Source of the DNA: a virus
Lineage: Duplodnaviria; Caudoviricetes
Reading direction: 5' to 3' (one strand)
Length of the DNA stretch: 64,000 nucleotides
IMG/VR virus record: IMGVR_UViG_3300032038_000003
Location: 146,315 to 210,314 of that record
This document shows positions 19,176 to 27,538 of the stretch, one piece after another (within the stretch, counting starts at the first letter, position 1; each line of letters starts with the position of its first letter). A model generated the notes under the pieces. It did no database searches. It was not told the DNA's origin and saw nothing but the letters and a program-made list of their open reading frames with translations. The position numbers and the translations under genes were made by a program.

Positions 19176-20018
19176 TTACCATGTAGTATCTCTATTCCAG
19201 TCGTCATATTTATAATTAGTACCAGCTTTGATAGCAGAAGCAACAACGTTGGTTCCTCTGATGATTTTATCTGCTTCATCCCATTGCTTTCTTAACATAT
19301 CAAGCAAGTTATCTATATATGGCAACTTAGTAGTTCTTTCGATTTTAATATCACCAATGTTTTTCAATTCACTACCATAGTGATAAGAAATCCCAAAATA
19401 TCTTGCAAGAGTAAGATCAATATCTGTTTTATATCTTACCCAATTATTTACTGCTTTGTATTTAGTAGTATAAAATCCATCATCATCTTGCTCATAAGTA
19501 ACGTTTTCTACAGGAGTTTCTTGAGCAGCTAACGTATCAATTAAATCTATTACTGCAACACTATTATCATAAATTTTAGAATTGATATATTCTTCTGTAA
19601 ATCCATCTATGAATTCCCCTATGTCTTCATATATCTTTTTGGCAGTAGTAAACATAGGATTCTGTCTTGAATTGAATTCCCATTCGTAAATGTCTTTGTC
19701 GATAGCAATTCCAATTCTGTATTTGTTATTCTCATTTAGTTTAGCATCTGAGCTAAAGCGAGAAATAACTGAATTAGCATTGATTTTGCCTGGACTAATA
19801 AAAGCTTTATTAGTATCAACTGTATGATTTAAAGTAACCTTTGATTCTTCTGGTAAATCAACGGCAAAGACTACTTTGCCGTTTTTGACAAAGTAGTCTT
19901 CATCTGCCGTTAATAATTCGCCATCCAGAAAAACAGACTTAAGATTGGATAAGCCATAATCAGATGATACTTTATTCTTTTGTGTAATTCTTGATTCGCT
20001 TATCGAATACTGTTTCAT
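19176..20018 (-). CDS. Head-tail adaptor/neck-like protein with a small N-terminal beta domain
   Basis: Position; VFLDGELL..DYFV N-terminal domain; KNIGDIKIE motif. Confidence 0.45.
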   Translation of the reverse strand: MKQYSISESRITQKNKVSSDYGLSNLKSVFLDGELLTADEDYFVKNGKVVFAVDLPEESKVTLNHTVDTNKAFISPGKINANSVISRFSSDAKLNENNKYRIGIAIDKDIYEWEFNSRQNPMFTTAKKIYEDIGEFIDGFTEEYINSKIYDNSVAVIDLIDTLAAQETPVENVTYEQDDDGFYTTKYKAVNNWVRYKTDIDLTLARYFGISYHYGSELKNIGDIKIERTTKLPYIDNLLDMLRKQWDEADKIIRGTNVVASAIKAGTNYKYDDWNRDTTW

Positions 20019-20029
20019 ATAGTCTCACC

Positions 20030-20635
20030 TTATTTTTTATTATTTTTAATAGCTTCTTCTCTTCGTTTTATCTTGATCATGTCGTCAAGTTCATTGGCTT
20101 TTTCGTCAGAGATTACTTCTAGTTCGATGACATGTTCATAACCAGCTTTCGCATGAGAGTTACCACCCATCTTTTTATATGGAAGATAAATACTATCTAA
20201 TGTAGCTCTTTCCTTTAAGGTGATAAATCCACGTTCTGTTATTTTATCTGTCATATAGACGATTTTATCATGAGCCATTCCGCTGAGGGTATCACATACA
20301 TTATTTTGATTATCAAAGATTTGTTGAAGAGTTTTTTCAACACGTTCGTCATTGTCTTTAAGTTGATCAAACGTTTTAAGTAATTGCTGAAAATCTTCAG
20401 AATGTACTTTTATCATTCCTTGAATATTTTTTTCATGCTTCTCAAAACGTTCAGCTCCAGTTTTTTCACGAGCGTCTAATCCTTCTTGCATTTCTTTATG
20501 TAATTGTTCAAATCGTTCATCGATCTTTTTATCTTCTTTAGTGTCTTTTCTTTGTATTAAGAACTGAAGAAAAGAGAACAACGCTCCTGAGCCAAGAATC
20601 GTTAAAAGAATCTGTAAAGCATTAGTTTGATCCAT
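20030..20635 (-). CDS. Membrane-anchored coiled-coil protein (holin-associated type)
   Basis: N-terminal TM helix, coiled coil, RGFIT..YLPYKKMGGNSH motif. Confidence 0.5.
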   Translation of the reverse strand: MDQTNALQILLTILGSGALFSFLQFLIQRKDTKEDKKIDERFEQLHKEMQEGLDAREKTGAERFEKHEKNIQGMIKVHSEDFQQLLKTFDQLKDNDERVEKTLQQIFDNQNNVCDTLSGMAHDKIVYMTDKITERGFITLKERATLDSIYLPYKKMGGNSHAKAGYEHVIELEVISDEKANELDDMIKIKRREEAIKNNKK

Positions 20636-21840
20636 TAATTATCTTCTCCTTCTTTCATACCTTCTCCGCCACCTTCCATGCCTTCTCCACTACCCCACAT
20701 AACTTGTGCGAAGTGATTTAAAGTACTTACGAGAATACCCGCAAGCTGGCTCTCTGAGATAAACTTGTTTGGTGATAAATTATCTCCGTTTGCGTCGGTA
20801 GGATCGTAAGAACTTGCATCTGGACCATCTACAGCAGCAATAGCATCTAATACCATCTGCTCAAATTCAGAGGCTGTCTTTTCTGACTGATTGACTTCTA
20901 CTCTGATTTGTTTTGTGTGACCAGTAGAATCAGCAGAATCATTTACTACAGTTGTAACTGTAGTATCTGATGTACTGCCAGAATATAAATTAATTAAACT
21001 ATGAAGGTTAACAAATACCCATTCATCGTTGCCATCATCGCTTTTAATACCAGTTTGACAGAAAAATACGAGTCCAATATCGCCAGCATGGTCGTTTGTA
21101 GAAATTGTAGCTGTTGCAGTTATAGGATTATGTGTATCTGGATCTTCTCCGACTGTAAAAGTAATTTTTCCAGCTGTAATATCAGCAGCTGTTAAAGTAA
21201 CGGTTTTAACATCTTTAAAGAACGAAATACTTAAAATTGTTTTGCTATTCACAACAGCGTTAACTAATGTTGAAACAGCAGCCGATGTCATTAAATTAGT
21301 ATCTGTTCCAGTAAATGTTTCGTCCAGAGAAGCATCGTCTGAGTGAATTGCTTGAGATGCAACATAATTTGTCATATAAGTCGTAAAGATACTTAATGAC
21401 AATTCTTGTGGAATTGAGCTGGCATTTGTTACCCATATAGAACCAGTTTTTGCTGTATGAGTAACTGGTGTTGCTTGTCCATCTGTAATTGTACAATCAG
21501 CTGTCACAAAATAGAAACTGTTAGGCTTTAAAACGTCAGCAGTGATATTACTAGAAATCATATTGAATTTACTAGCATCGCCACCGAATAATGGAGTATC
21601 ACCAAGATAGCCCACGCCACCTTTGCCAAAAAGGTAAAAAGTATATGGATTGTGCCGATGCGTGGTTGAATCTGCTAAACTATCATATATGGCTTTACAG
21701 GCTGCTTCGGTAGCTCCTGTCAGTATTCGAAATTGAAATTTAGCCATTTTGAATACCTCCTTTTTATTTTTCGATACAAATAATTTGTTATCAAATGTTG
21801 TAAGAATTTTTGAGTCGGAGGTTACTATAATTTTGTTCAT
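20635..21840 (-). CDS. Virion structural protein; second in-frame start at 21747
   Basis: 401-aa ORF with AGGAGG RBS and late-promoter motif upstream; internal AAGGAGGT before MAKF. Confidence 0.55.
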   Translation of the reverse strand: MNKIIVTSDSKILTTFDNKLFVSKNKKEVFKMAKFQFRILTGATEAACKAIYDSLADSTTHRHNPYTFYLFGKGGVGYLGDTPLFGGDASKFNMISSNITADVLKPNSFYFVTADCTITDGQATPVTHTAKTGSIWVTNASSIPQELSLSIFTTYMTNYVASQAIHSDDASLDETFTGTDTNLMTSAAVSTLVNAVVNSKTILSISFFKDVKTVTLTAADITAGKITFTVGEDPDTHNPITATATISTNDHAGDIGLVFFCQTGIKSDDGNDEWVFVNLHSLINLYSGSTSDTTVTTVVNDSADSTGHTKQIRVEVNQSEKTASEFEQMVLDAIAAVDGPDASSYDPTDANGDNLSPNKFISESQLAGILVSTLNHFAQVMWGSGEGMEGGGEGMKEGEDN

Positions 21841-21856
21841 AATAAACCTCCTTCTG

Positions 21857-21870
21857 TATTATAATATACA
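21857..21870 (-). promoter_or_regulatory. Putative phage late promoter TGTATATTATAATA
   Basis: Exact 14-mer also at 45816-45829 and 53759-53772, each just upstream of a late gene. Confidence 0.6.
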
Positions 21871-21899
21871 GTAAAATATTTAAATATGCTGATAAAAAT

Positions 21900-21930
21900 C
21901 GCCTTTACTAATAATATAAAAGTAAAGGCG
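21900..21930 (-). terminator. 10-bp stem-loop downstream of the Mtd-like gene (terminator and/or DGR hairpin)
   Basis: cgcctttact-N11-agtaaaggcg followed by ATTTTT on the minus strand. Confidence 0.6.
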
Positions 21931-21979
21931 TTTAGTTCTATAAATATTTTAAATGATAAAAACTTAAGTTGCAAGCAAG

Positions 21980-23665
21980 TTATTTTGTCAATATTCGGCT
22001 CGACCCACGAGAACCAGAGCCGTCACTCACATAAGAACGGCGGTTAAACGAACTACGCGAACGCGACCCGCAACTAGCACCGCTAGACCAGCTACCCCCA
22101 GCACGAAGCACATATGGGTCTCCGTATTCTTGTCCAAATGAAGCATTCTGGTCAGTTGTCGTCCATCCATTTCCTCCAACAGAAGAAGTTTCTTGTAACC
22201 ATTGCCATAAATATCCACACATTTCTTCACATCCAATGGCAGATATCATACGTCTATTATCAGTATCTTTATGACCACCAACAGTACTAGCATCAGCTGT
22301 TCCAGCAATACTTGTTTTTTCGTTAGAACCCAGTGCAGCACTTGTAAATTCGTTATCATATAATAACTTTTTACCAACCATACGCATATCTTCGGCATGG
22401 TTATATGGTTGTCTGGACACCGTATGAGTCTGATTATATTTAGAACGTGTATTATGTCCAGTACCAGACTGTAAATAGATATCTATTACTTTATTAATGT
22501 CTTTATCATAAACCATTCCATCTTCAAATAAAGTATCTGGATACCAGTTAAGACAGAATACAGATTCTGGTAAAATATCTCCAGCTTGAAATCCAGAAAG
22601 AGGATGGTCTACAGTTACTACATCATATTGAGATTGTGTAGTAACAGTTTTTACTTTTTTATTATAAAAGGCATAAAAATCTGGATCTTTTTCTTGTCTA
22701 TAAGATTTAATTAAATAATCTGTATTTGTGGTATATCCAGAAGAAGCTGGTGCTGGAGCTGTCATAGTAACATTAACTCCAACATCTACACATAAAGTGT
22801 GTAATCTACCTATTTTATTACCAGTAGATTGATAGTCTGTGTAAGCTGAAATATCTCCATTATTGTCTATATATAAATAATAATCAGCTCCGCCTTGTGT
22901 AATATAACTGGTTAAATCTATATGAGTATCTGTAATATAAGATTTAATAGAGCCATTAGGAAGTTTAATATTAGTACCAGCTTTGATAATAACACCACGT
23001 TTATTTTCTGGATCAAATCTAAGCCATCTATCTATTAAAGCATTTCCAGGTACTTTTTCAGAAGTTCCACTACTACCAGAACCAGATGTATCTATTTGAG
23101 AAATTAAATTGTCTACTTCTGTTTTTGTATAGTAACTAGTTAATGTATTTTGAAAACTTGTAGTAGATACATAATTAATTAAAGCCGCATTAAGAGCAGT
23201 TAATGTCACATAATCAGACAAATTAATTTTTGTATCACCAATAAGTTCCCATCCTTCAGTTGTACCATCTAAATTAATGTATTCGTCTTTAATATTCCTA
23301 GTTTTAGAAGTAGTACTTGGCACAAGATAAATATGGTTAGTCGAAATATCAGTAGTTGGCAATTCGTTTACTAACAAAAAGCCACCAGATGTTTGCTGAT
23401 TAATTAAAGTATTAACCTCGGTTTTTGAATATGTTTCTGTTTTTAAATAATAATTTATTAAATTATTAACAGTATTAGTAATAAAACCAGAATCGTTATT
23501 TAAATCACTGGTTTTTGTAGGCTGTGACATATTATCGATTTTAGTAAGTAAAGTATTAATTTCAGACTGAGTATACTGAATTGTCTGCATATCTTGTTTA
23601 ACTTTGTCGAGCATTGCTTCGATTTCAGTAGAGGTATGTTTAGATATAAATTTTTCTTCAGCCAT
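21980..23665 (-). CDS. Tail fibre adhesin with a C-terminal Mtd-like C-type-lectin domain; DGR target protein
   Basis: RRMISAIGCEEMCGYLWQW..LRAGGSWSSGASCGSRSRSSFNRRSYVSDGSGSRG resembles BPP-1 Mtd-family C-termini; N-terminal fibre repeats YTKTEVDNLI. Confidence 0.8.
   Translation of the reverse strand: MAEEKFISKHTSTEIEAMLDKVKQDMQTIQYTQSEINTLLTKIDNMSQPTKTSDLNNDSGFITNTVNNLINYYLKTETYSKTEVNTLINQQTSGGFLLVNELPTTDISTNHIYLVPSTTSKTRNIKDEYINLDGTTEGWELIGDTKINLSDYVTLTALNAALINYVSTTSFQNTLTSYYTKTEVDNLISQIDTSGSGSSGTSEKVPGNALIDRWLRFDPENKRGVIIKAGTNIKLPNGSIKSYITDTHIDLTSYITQGGADYYLYIDNNGDISAYTDYQSTGNKIGRLHTLCVDVGVNVTMTAPAPASSGYTTNTDYLIKSYRQEKDPDFYAFYNKKVKTVTTQSQYDVVTVDHPLSGFQAGDILPESVFCLNWYPDTLFEDGMVYDKDINKVIDIYLQSGTGHNTRSKYNQTHTVSRQPYNHAEDMRMVGKKLLYDNEFTSAALGSNEKTSIAGTADASTVGGHKDTDNRRMISAIGCEEMCGYLWQWLQETSSVGGNGWTTTDQNASFGQEYGDPYVLRAGGSWSSGASCGSRSRSSFNRRSYVSDGSGSRGSSRILTK
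21995..22111 (-). other. DGR variable region (VR)
   Basis: Only 11 A in 117 coding nt; positions that are Asn in the usual template consensus carry NNC/NNT codons. Confidence 0.75.
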
Positions 23666-23676
23666 TTTGTTTTCTC

Positions 23677-23961
23677 CTATTTACTATAAAATATTTTACC
23701 GTCTGCGGTTACTATTAATTTATTATCACTCGTTCTAAAATTAGTATTAGGCTCTATATCATAATTATCAAGCATTTCTTGTATCATAGCTTGAATTTCT
23801 GCTTTTGTATAGGTCTGTACTTCTGGTATATTATCAATCTGTGTATTTACATATTGTTTTAACGAATCAGTAGCGTCTGATAATAAAGACTGAAAATATT
23901 TTTTAAGTTCTTTATTATTTTCTTCCATGACTCGCTTTATATATTCTTTAGTATTCATCAC
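23677..23961 (-). CDS. Small fibre-module protein
   Basis: YTKAEIQAMI helix and FRTSDNKLIVTADGKIF motif shared with neighbours. Confidence 0.5.
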   Translation of the reverse strand: MMNTKEYIKRVMEENNKELKKYFQSLLSDATDSLKQYVNTQIDNIPEVQTYTKAEIQAMIQEMLDNYDIEPNTNFRTSDNKLIVTADGKIFYSK

Positions 23962-25334
23962 GAGTCACCTTCTTTCGCTACGAATACTTTATTGTCTTGA
24001 GTATTGTCAGCCATAATAAAATTCGTTTTATATTCTGAAGGCCATAAATAGTTAATCAGTTTAGTAACATCTGATTCAGTAAAAGCTTCTATTAGTTCGT
24101 TATTATTATATAGTAATTTTCCGTCATTGTCAGTAGAAAACTTATCTATAACTGATTGATTAGTATGTTTATGACTGTTATCAATAACAGTTTGAGTCAA
24201 ATTATCAAGAGCTAATTTATTAGTATGTTTATGACTATCATCTATTATTTGTTGCGTAACATTATCTAATACAGACTTATTAGTATGAGTATGAGAATTA
24301 TCTATTACTGATTGTGTAAGATTATCTAATACTGATTTATTGCTATGAGTATGAAGATTAGATATATTTGTATTAATATTATCTATATCTTGACCTAACT
24401 GGTCCAGCTCATCATTAACATTTTGTTCTAATTGGTCAATTTCGTCATTAATATCTTGAACGTCTTGATCATGTTTATTTTCAAGTGCATCTATATTATC
24501 TTGTAACTCTTTAGCTTTGTCAGTAATAGTTTTATTGATATCAGTATCTAATTGTGTAACAGTATCAGATAAATCAGAAATGTCTTTTTGTAAATCTTGG
24601 ACATCTTGATTATGTTTCGCTTCTAAATCAGAAATAGACTTGTTAATAGCTGTTTCTTTTGTAGTAATAGTATTATTGATGGTATCTACTGCTGATTGTA
24701 ACATGGTTTTAGTTACATAATCAGATAAGTCAATCCTGGTATTTCCTATTTTTTCCCATTGACCATCAAGGTACATATATTCTTCATATAAGTCATCCTG
24801 TTCTGGATCTATCTGAAGAAAATATATGGTCATTGTTTTAATATCTTCTGTAGGTAATTCAGTACATTTTATAATCTCAAAACTTGTTAACTGATCAAAT
24901 AAAGATTTTGCATATGCTTTTGCATTACCAAGAGTAGCGTTCCATAAATCTTTATCTGCTTGAGTAACGTGAATTGTAAGATTGTCTGCATGACTTTTAA
25001 CAGTATCGTCTGTATATTGAGCGGTACTGTTCCATTTATCACGTTCAGCTGCTGTAATATGTATATCAGTATTATTTTTGTGTAAGTCATAATCATCAGC
25101 AAGATTATTAATACGATTAGTAAATTTGGTATCCAATAAAGATATCTGATATGTCATATCAGAATTAAGCTGATCAATATCGTCATCAAGAGATTGCAAT
25201 TTATTATCTATTGTATTATGTAAATCTTTTTGATTTGTAGCAAATTGATTTACGTATGCAATTAACAAATTAATCTCTTGATTAATTTTTGCATTATTTA
25301 GTTGCAACGCTAATTTTAAATTGTTTAATGTCAT
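23958..25334 (-). CDS. Coiled-coil fibre protein with HxH repeats
   Basis: Long heptads; IHITAAERDKWN motifs; ELPTEDI..EEYMYLDGQWEKIG domain; four H(T/K)H(S/T)N repeats. Confidence 0.65.
   Translation of the reverse strand: MTLNNLKLALQLNNAKINQEINLLIAYVNQFATNQKDLHNTIDNKLQSLDDDIDQLNSDMTYQISLLDTKFTNRINNLADDYDLHKNNTDIHITAAERDKWNSTAQYTDDTVKSHADNLTIHVTQADKDLWNATLGNAKAYAKSLFDQLTSFEIIKCTELPTEDIKTMTIYFLQIDPEQDDLYEEYMYLDGQWEKIGNTRIDLSDYVTKTMLQSAVDTINNTITTKETAINKSISDLEAKHNQDVQDLQKDISDLSDTVTQLDTDINKTITDKAKELQDNIDALENKHDQDVQDINDEIDQLEQNVNDELDQLGQDIDNINTNISNLHTHSNKSVLDNLTQSVIDNSHTHTNKSVLDNVTQQIIDDSHKHTNKLALDNLTQTVIDNSHKHTNQSVIDKFSTDNDGKLLYNNNELIEAFTESDVTKLINYLWPSEYKTNFIMADNTQDNKVFVAKEGDS
24150..24360 (-). 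repeat. About 3.5 degenerate 60-bp (20-aa) coding repeats HTHSNKSVLDNLTQSVIDNS
   Basis: Visible in both protein and DNA (ttagtatg..tatga every 60 bp). Confidence 0.85.
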
Positions 25335-25359
25335 TAGCCTACTCCTATTATAATGTATA

Positions 25360-25692
25360 TTAGTTTAATTTTCCTATTTCCAAATATGGGTCAGTTGACC
25401 ATAATGTGTTTATCATTGTAGAAATGTTTTCATCTTTATATTCACGAGATACAATAACGTCGTCAAAATATAGTTCTTGATCATGATAATCAAATCTGTC
25501 TAAAAAAGTACCATCAACAAATAAACCATCTGATTTTTTTACAAGATGGTTATGCTCTTGTTGTGAAAGTTGGATATTCTGAAATAAAGGATCGTCTTTA
25601 TAATATAAGACTCCACTTACTTCAGAAAATGCCTCTAACACATCAAAGTGATTATGATAATGAAGTTTTATTAATCCACCAGCTTCAAGCAT
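25360..25692 (-). CDS. Fibre-module protein
   Basis: HNHFDVLEAFSE..LYY and NHLVKKSDGLFV motifs shared with 25692-26897. Confidence 0.5.
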   Translation of the reverse strand: MLEAGGLIKLHYHNHFDVLEAFSEVSGVLYYKDDPLFQNIQLSQQEHNHLVKKSDGLFVDGTFLDRFDYHDQELYFDDVIVSREYKDENISTMINTLWSTDPYLEIGKLN

Positions 25693-26897
25693 TATCTCAC
25701 TCCTATAATTTTATATATACAAACATGATTATAATAAGTTATTTGTAATTTATTACCGTCCATAAATCTTATTTTGGTATTATATGTACTAATACCGTAA
25801 TCATGTTCAAGTATATAATCTATATGTTTCTCGTATAATTCTAATAATCCATCTACATCTATCATTTCCATTTTGGCATCGTATGGATCCAGGTTAGGAT
25901 CATCTGGCATTAAATAATAATGAATCATTAGAAAATTAAAATTAGAAATATCTTCTTCAAGTTCGTATATACCAGAATCATTACAGTTCTGTTCAAGTAA
26001 TACTACTTTAGAAAGACTAGCTTGTTTTGCTATTGATTCTAATTCAGAACTTAAATCTTTTACGTATAATTTGTTATCGGATCCTCTAAAAATAGCATTA
26101 TTAGGATCGTCAGATATTTGCATAACATCAAGAATATCTAAACCATTGTACAAAAGACGATGTGTATTTTCGTCTTCTGTAAACTTATCCAGAACATCTT
26201 TATTGTCATGATTTTGATAATCTTCTTTTTTAAAGAAAGTATCATCTACATATTCTTTGCGAGCAAATAATTTATACGTTTCTTTTGTAATGTCTAATGG
26301 TATCCAGGTATCCTCTCGATACAAGTATCTTACAAGATATGTCTCTTCTGAATCTGGTATTTGCTCTTGAATACAATACACCGTCGTAGGTTTAATAAGC
26401 GAAGAATCAATTAAATCAAGGTCATCTACGATTGCATAATCATAAATAACAAGTGCTTTTACTAAGTCATCGGCATATTTTTTAGCAAGTTCTAAGATTT
26501 TATCCCAGTTTTCTTTGTCTTGAGCTGTAACGTGGACATCAGCATCATCCAGATGTTCTTGTAATATCTGAGACAAATCTTTTATATAAATACCATCTGG
26601 TTTAACAACGATAGCATTGCCTTCTTCTTGAGAAGGTTTAATAACAATAGGTTCGCCTTTATAACATAAGACATCATCAACAAGAGTAAAATTTCTCAGT
26701 ATGTCAGTTTCTTGATTTGTTGTATGAACATCATCGTTATTTATATGGTCTTGAAATGCTTGATAGAAATCCAGCACGAAAAGACCATCTTCTTTTCTTA
26801 CAAAAGCATTATTAGGCTCTTGAGAGAATTTGAAGAGGGCTTCTAATATGTCTATTAGATCTTCTTTTCGTAATACAGGAGTTTCGTTATCTATCAT
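25692..26897 (-). CDS. Fibre-module protein
   Basis: Repeated NA(F/I)V.K.DG(L/I)(F/Y)V; HVTAQDKENWD; HDNKDVLDKF motifs. Confidence 0.55.
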   Translation of the reverse strand: MIDNETPVLRKEDLIDILEALFKFSQEPNNAFVRKEDGLFVLDFYQAFQDHINNDDVHTTNQETDILRNFTLVDDVLCYKGEPIVIKPSQEEGNAIVVKPDGIYIKDLSQILQEHLDDADVHVTAQDKENWDKILELAKKYADDLVKALVIYDYAIVDDLDLIDSSLIKPTTVYCIQEQIPDSEETYLVRYLYREDTWIPLDITKETYKLFARKEYVDDTFFKKEDYQNHDNKDVLDKFTEDENTHRLLYNGLDILDVMQISDDPNNAIFRGSDNKLYVKDLSSELESIAKQASLSKVVLLEQNCNDSGIYELEEDISNFNFLMIHYYLMPDDPNLDPYDAKMEMIDVDGLLELYEKHIDYILEHDYGISTYNTKIRFMDGNKLQITYYNHVCIYKIIGVR

Positions 26898-26905
26898 AAT
26901 ATCTC

Positions 26906-27538
26906 CTAATAAATATCATTTTTTATACGGGTAATAAGGTCTTGTATCTCTTGAGAGGTATAATACCTTAATTTATCCTTTGGTTCATAATTTGCATTGT
27001 CTCGTAAATTAGTAGCTGTTTTAAATAGTTTATTATCACTATTTACGAATAAATATGGTTCTGCTGAAGCAAAGAATACTTGTGGACCAAATCCAACAAA
27101 GTATCCACGCTGTATATTTACATATATACCATCATTTGTCGTTACACCTATTATTTTACTTACAATATTAGGTTCGTCTTGAACAAGCTTGCCAGAAATA
27201 TTTTGTGATAGATATAACGGAGTATTAAGTGGTATACTACTGTATCTATCTAATATTATACTTCCTTTAAGGGTTAATTCAAAGGAATCTTTATCTATGA
27301 TTTTACTTACAACACCAATAACTTCAGACATTATCTGATTCATCGCTAATGCTCGTCTGTAATGATTTGTTTTATAATCATAATAAATAGCATCGCCTAA
27401 TAGAAAGCCATTATCTAATTCTGTAAGAGAGACGGTTTGCTCTTCGGTTCCATGCATTCCTATATAACTGAAATCTATTAAGTTATTATCATCTACGACA
27501 TCTCTAAAGATAACTGAGTTATTATGCTGTTCTATCAT
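26906..27538 (-). CDS. Virion fibre/cement-fold-like protein
   Basis: GDAIYYD..YRRALA..VIGVVS..PLYLS..GKL domain shared with 27535-29553 and 30747-32747. Confidence 0.5.
   Translation of the reverse strand: MIEQHNNSVIFRDVVDDNNLIDFSYIGMHGTEEQTVSLTELDNGFLLGDAIYYDYKTNHYRRALAMNQIMSEVIGVVSKIIDKDSFELTLKGSIILDRYSSIPLNTPLYLSQNISGKLVQDEPNIVSKIIGVTTNDGIYVNIQRGYFVGFGPQVFFASAEPYLFVNSDNKLFKTATNLRDNANYEPKDKLRYYTSQEIQDLITRIKNDIY

Noticed and set aside
24150-24360. 60-bp periodic repeats as a possible CRISPR array
   Set aside because: Degenerate, in-frame coding repeats with no unique spacers; no cas genes
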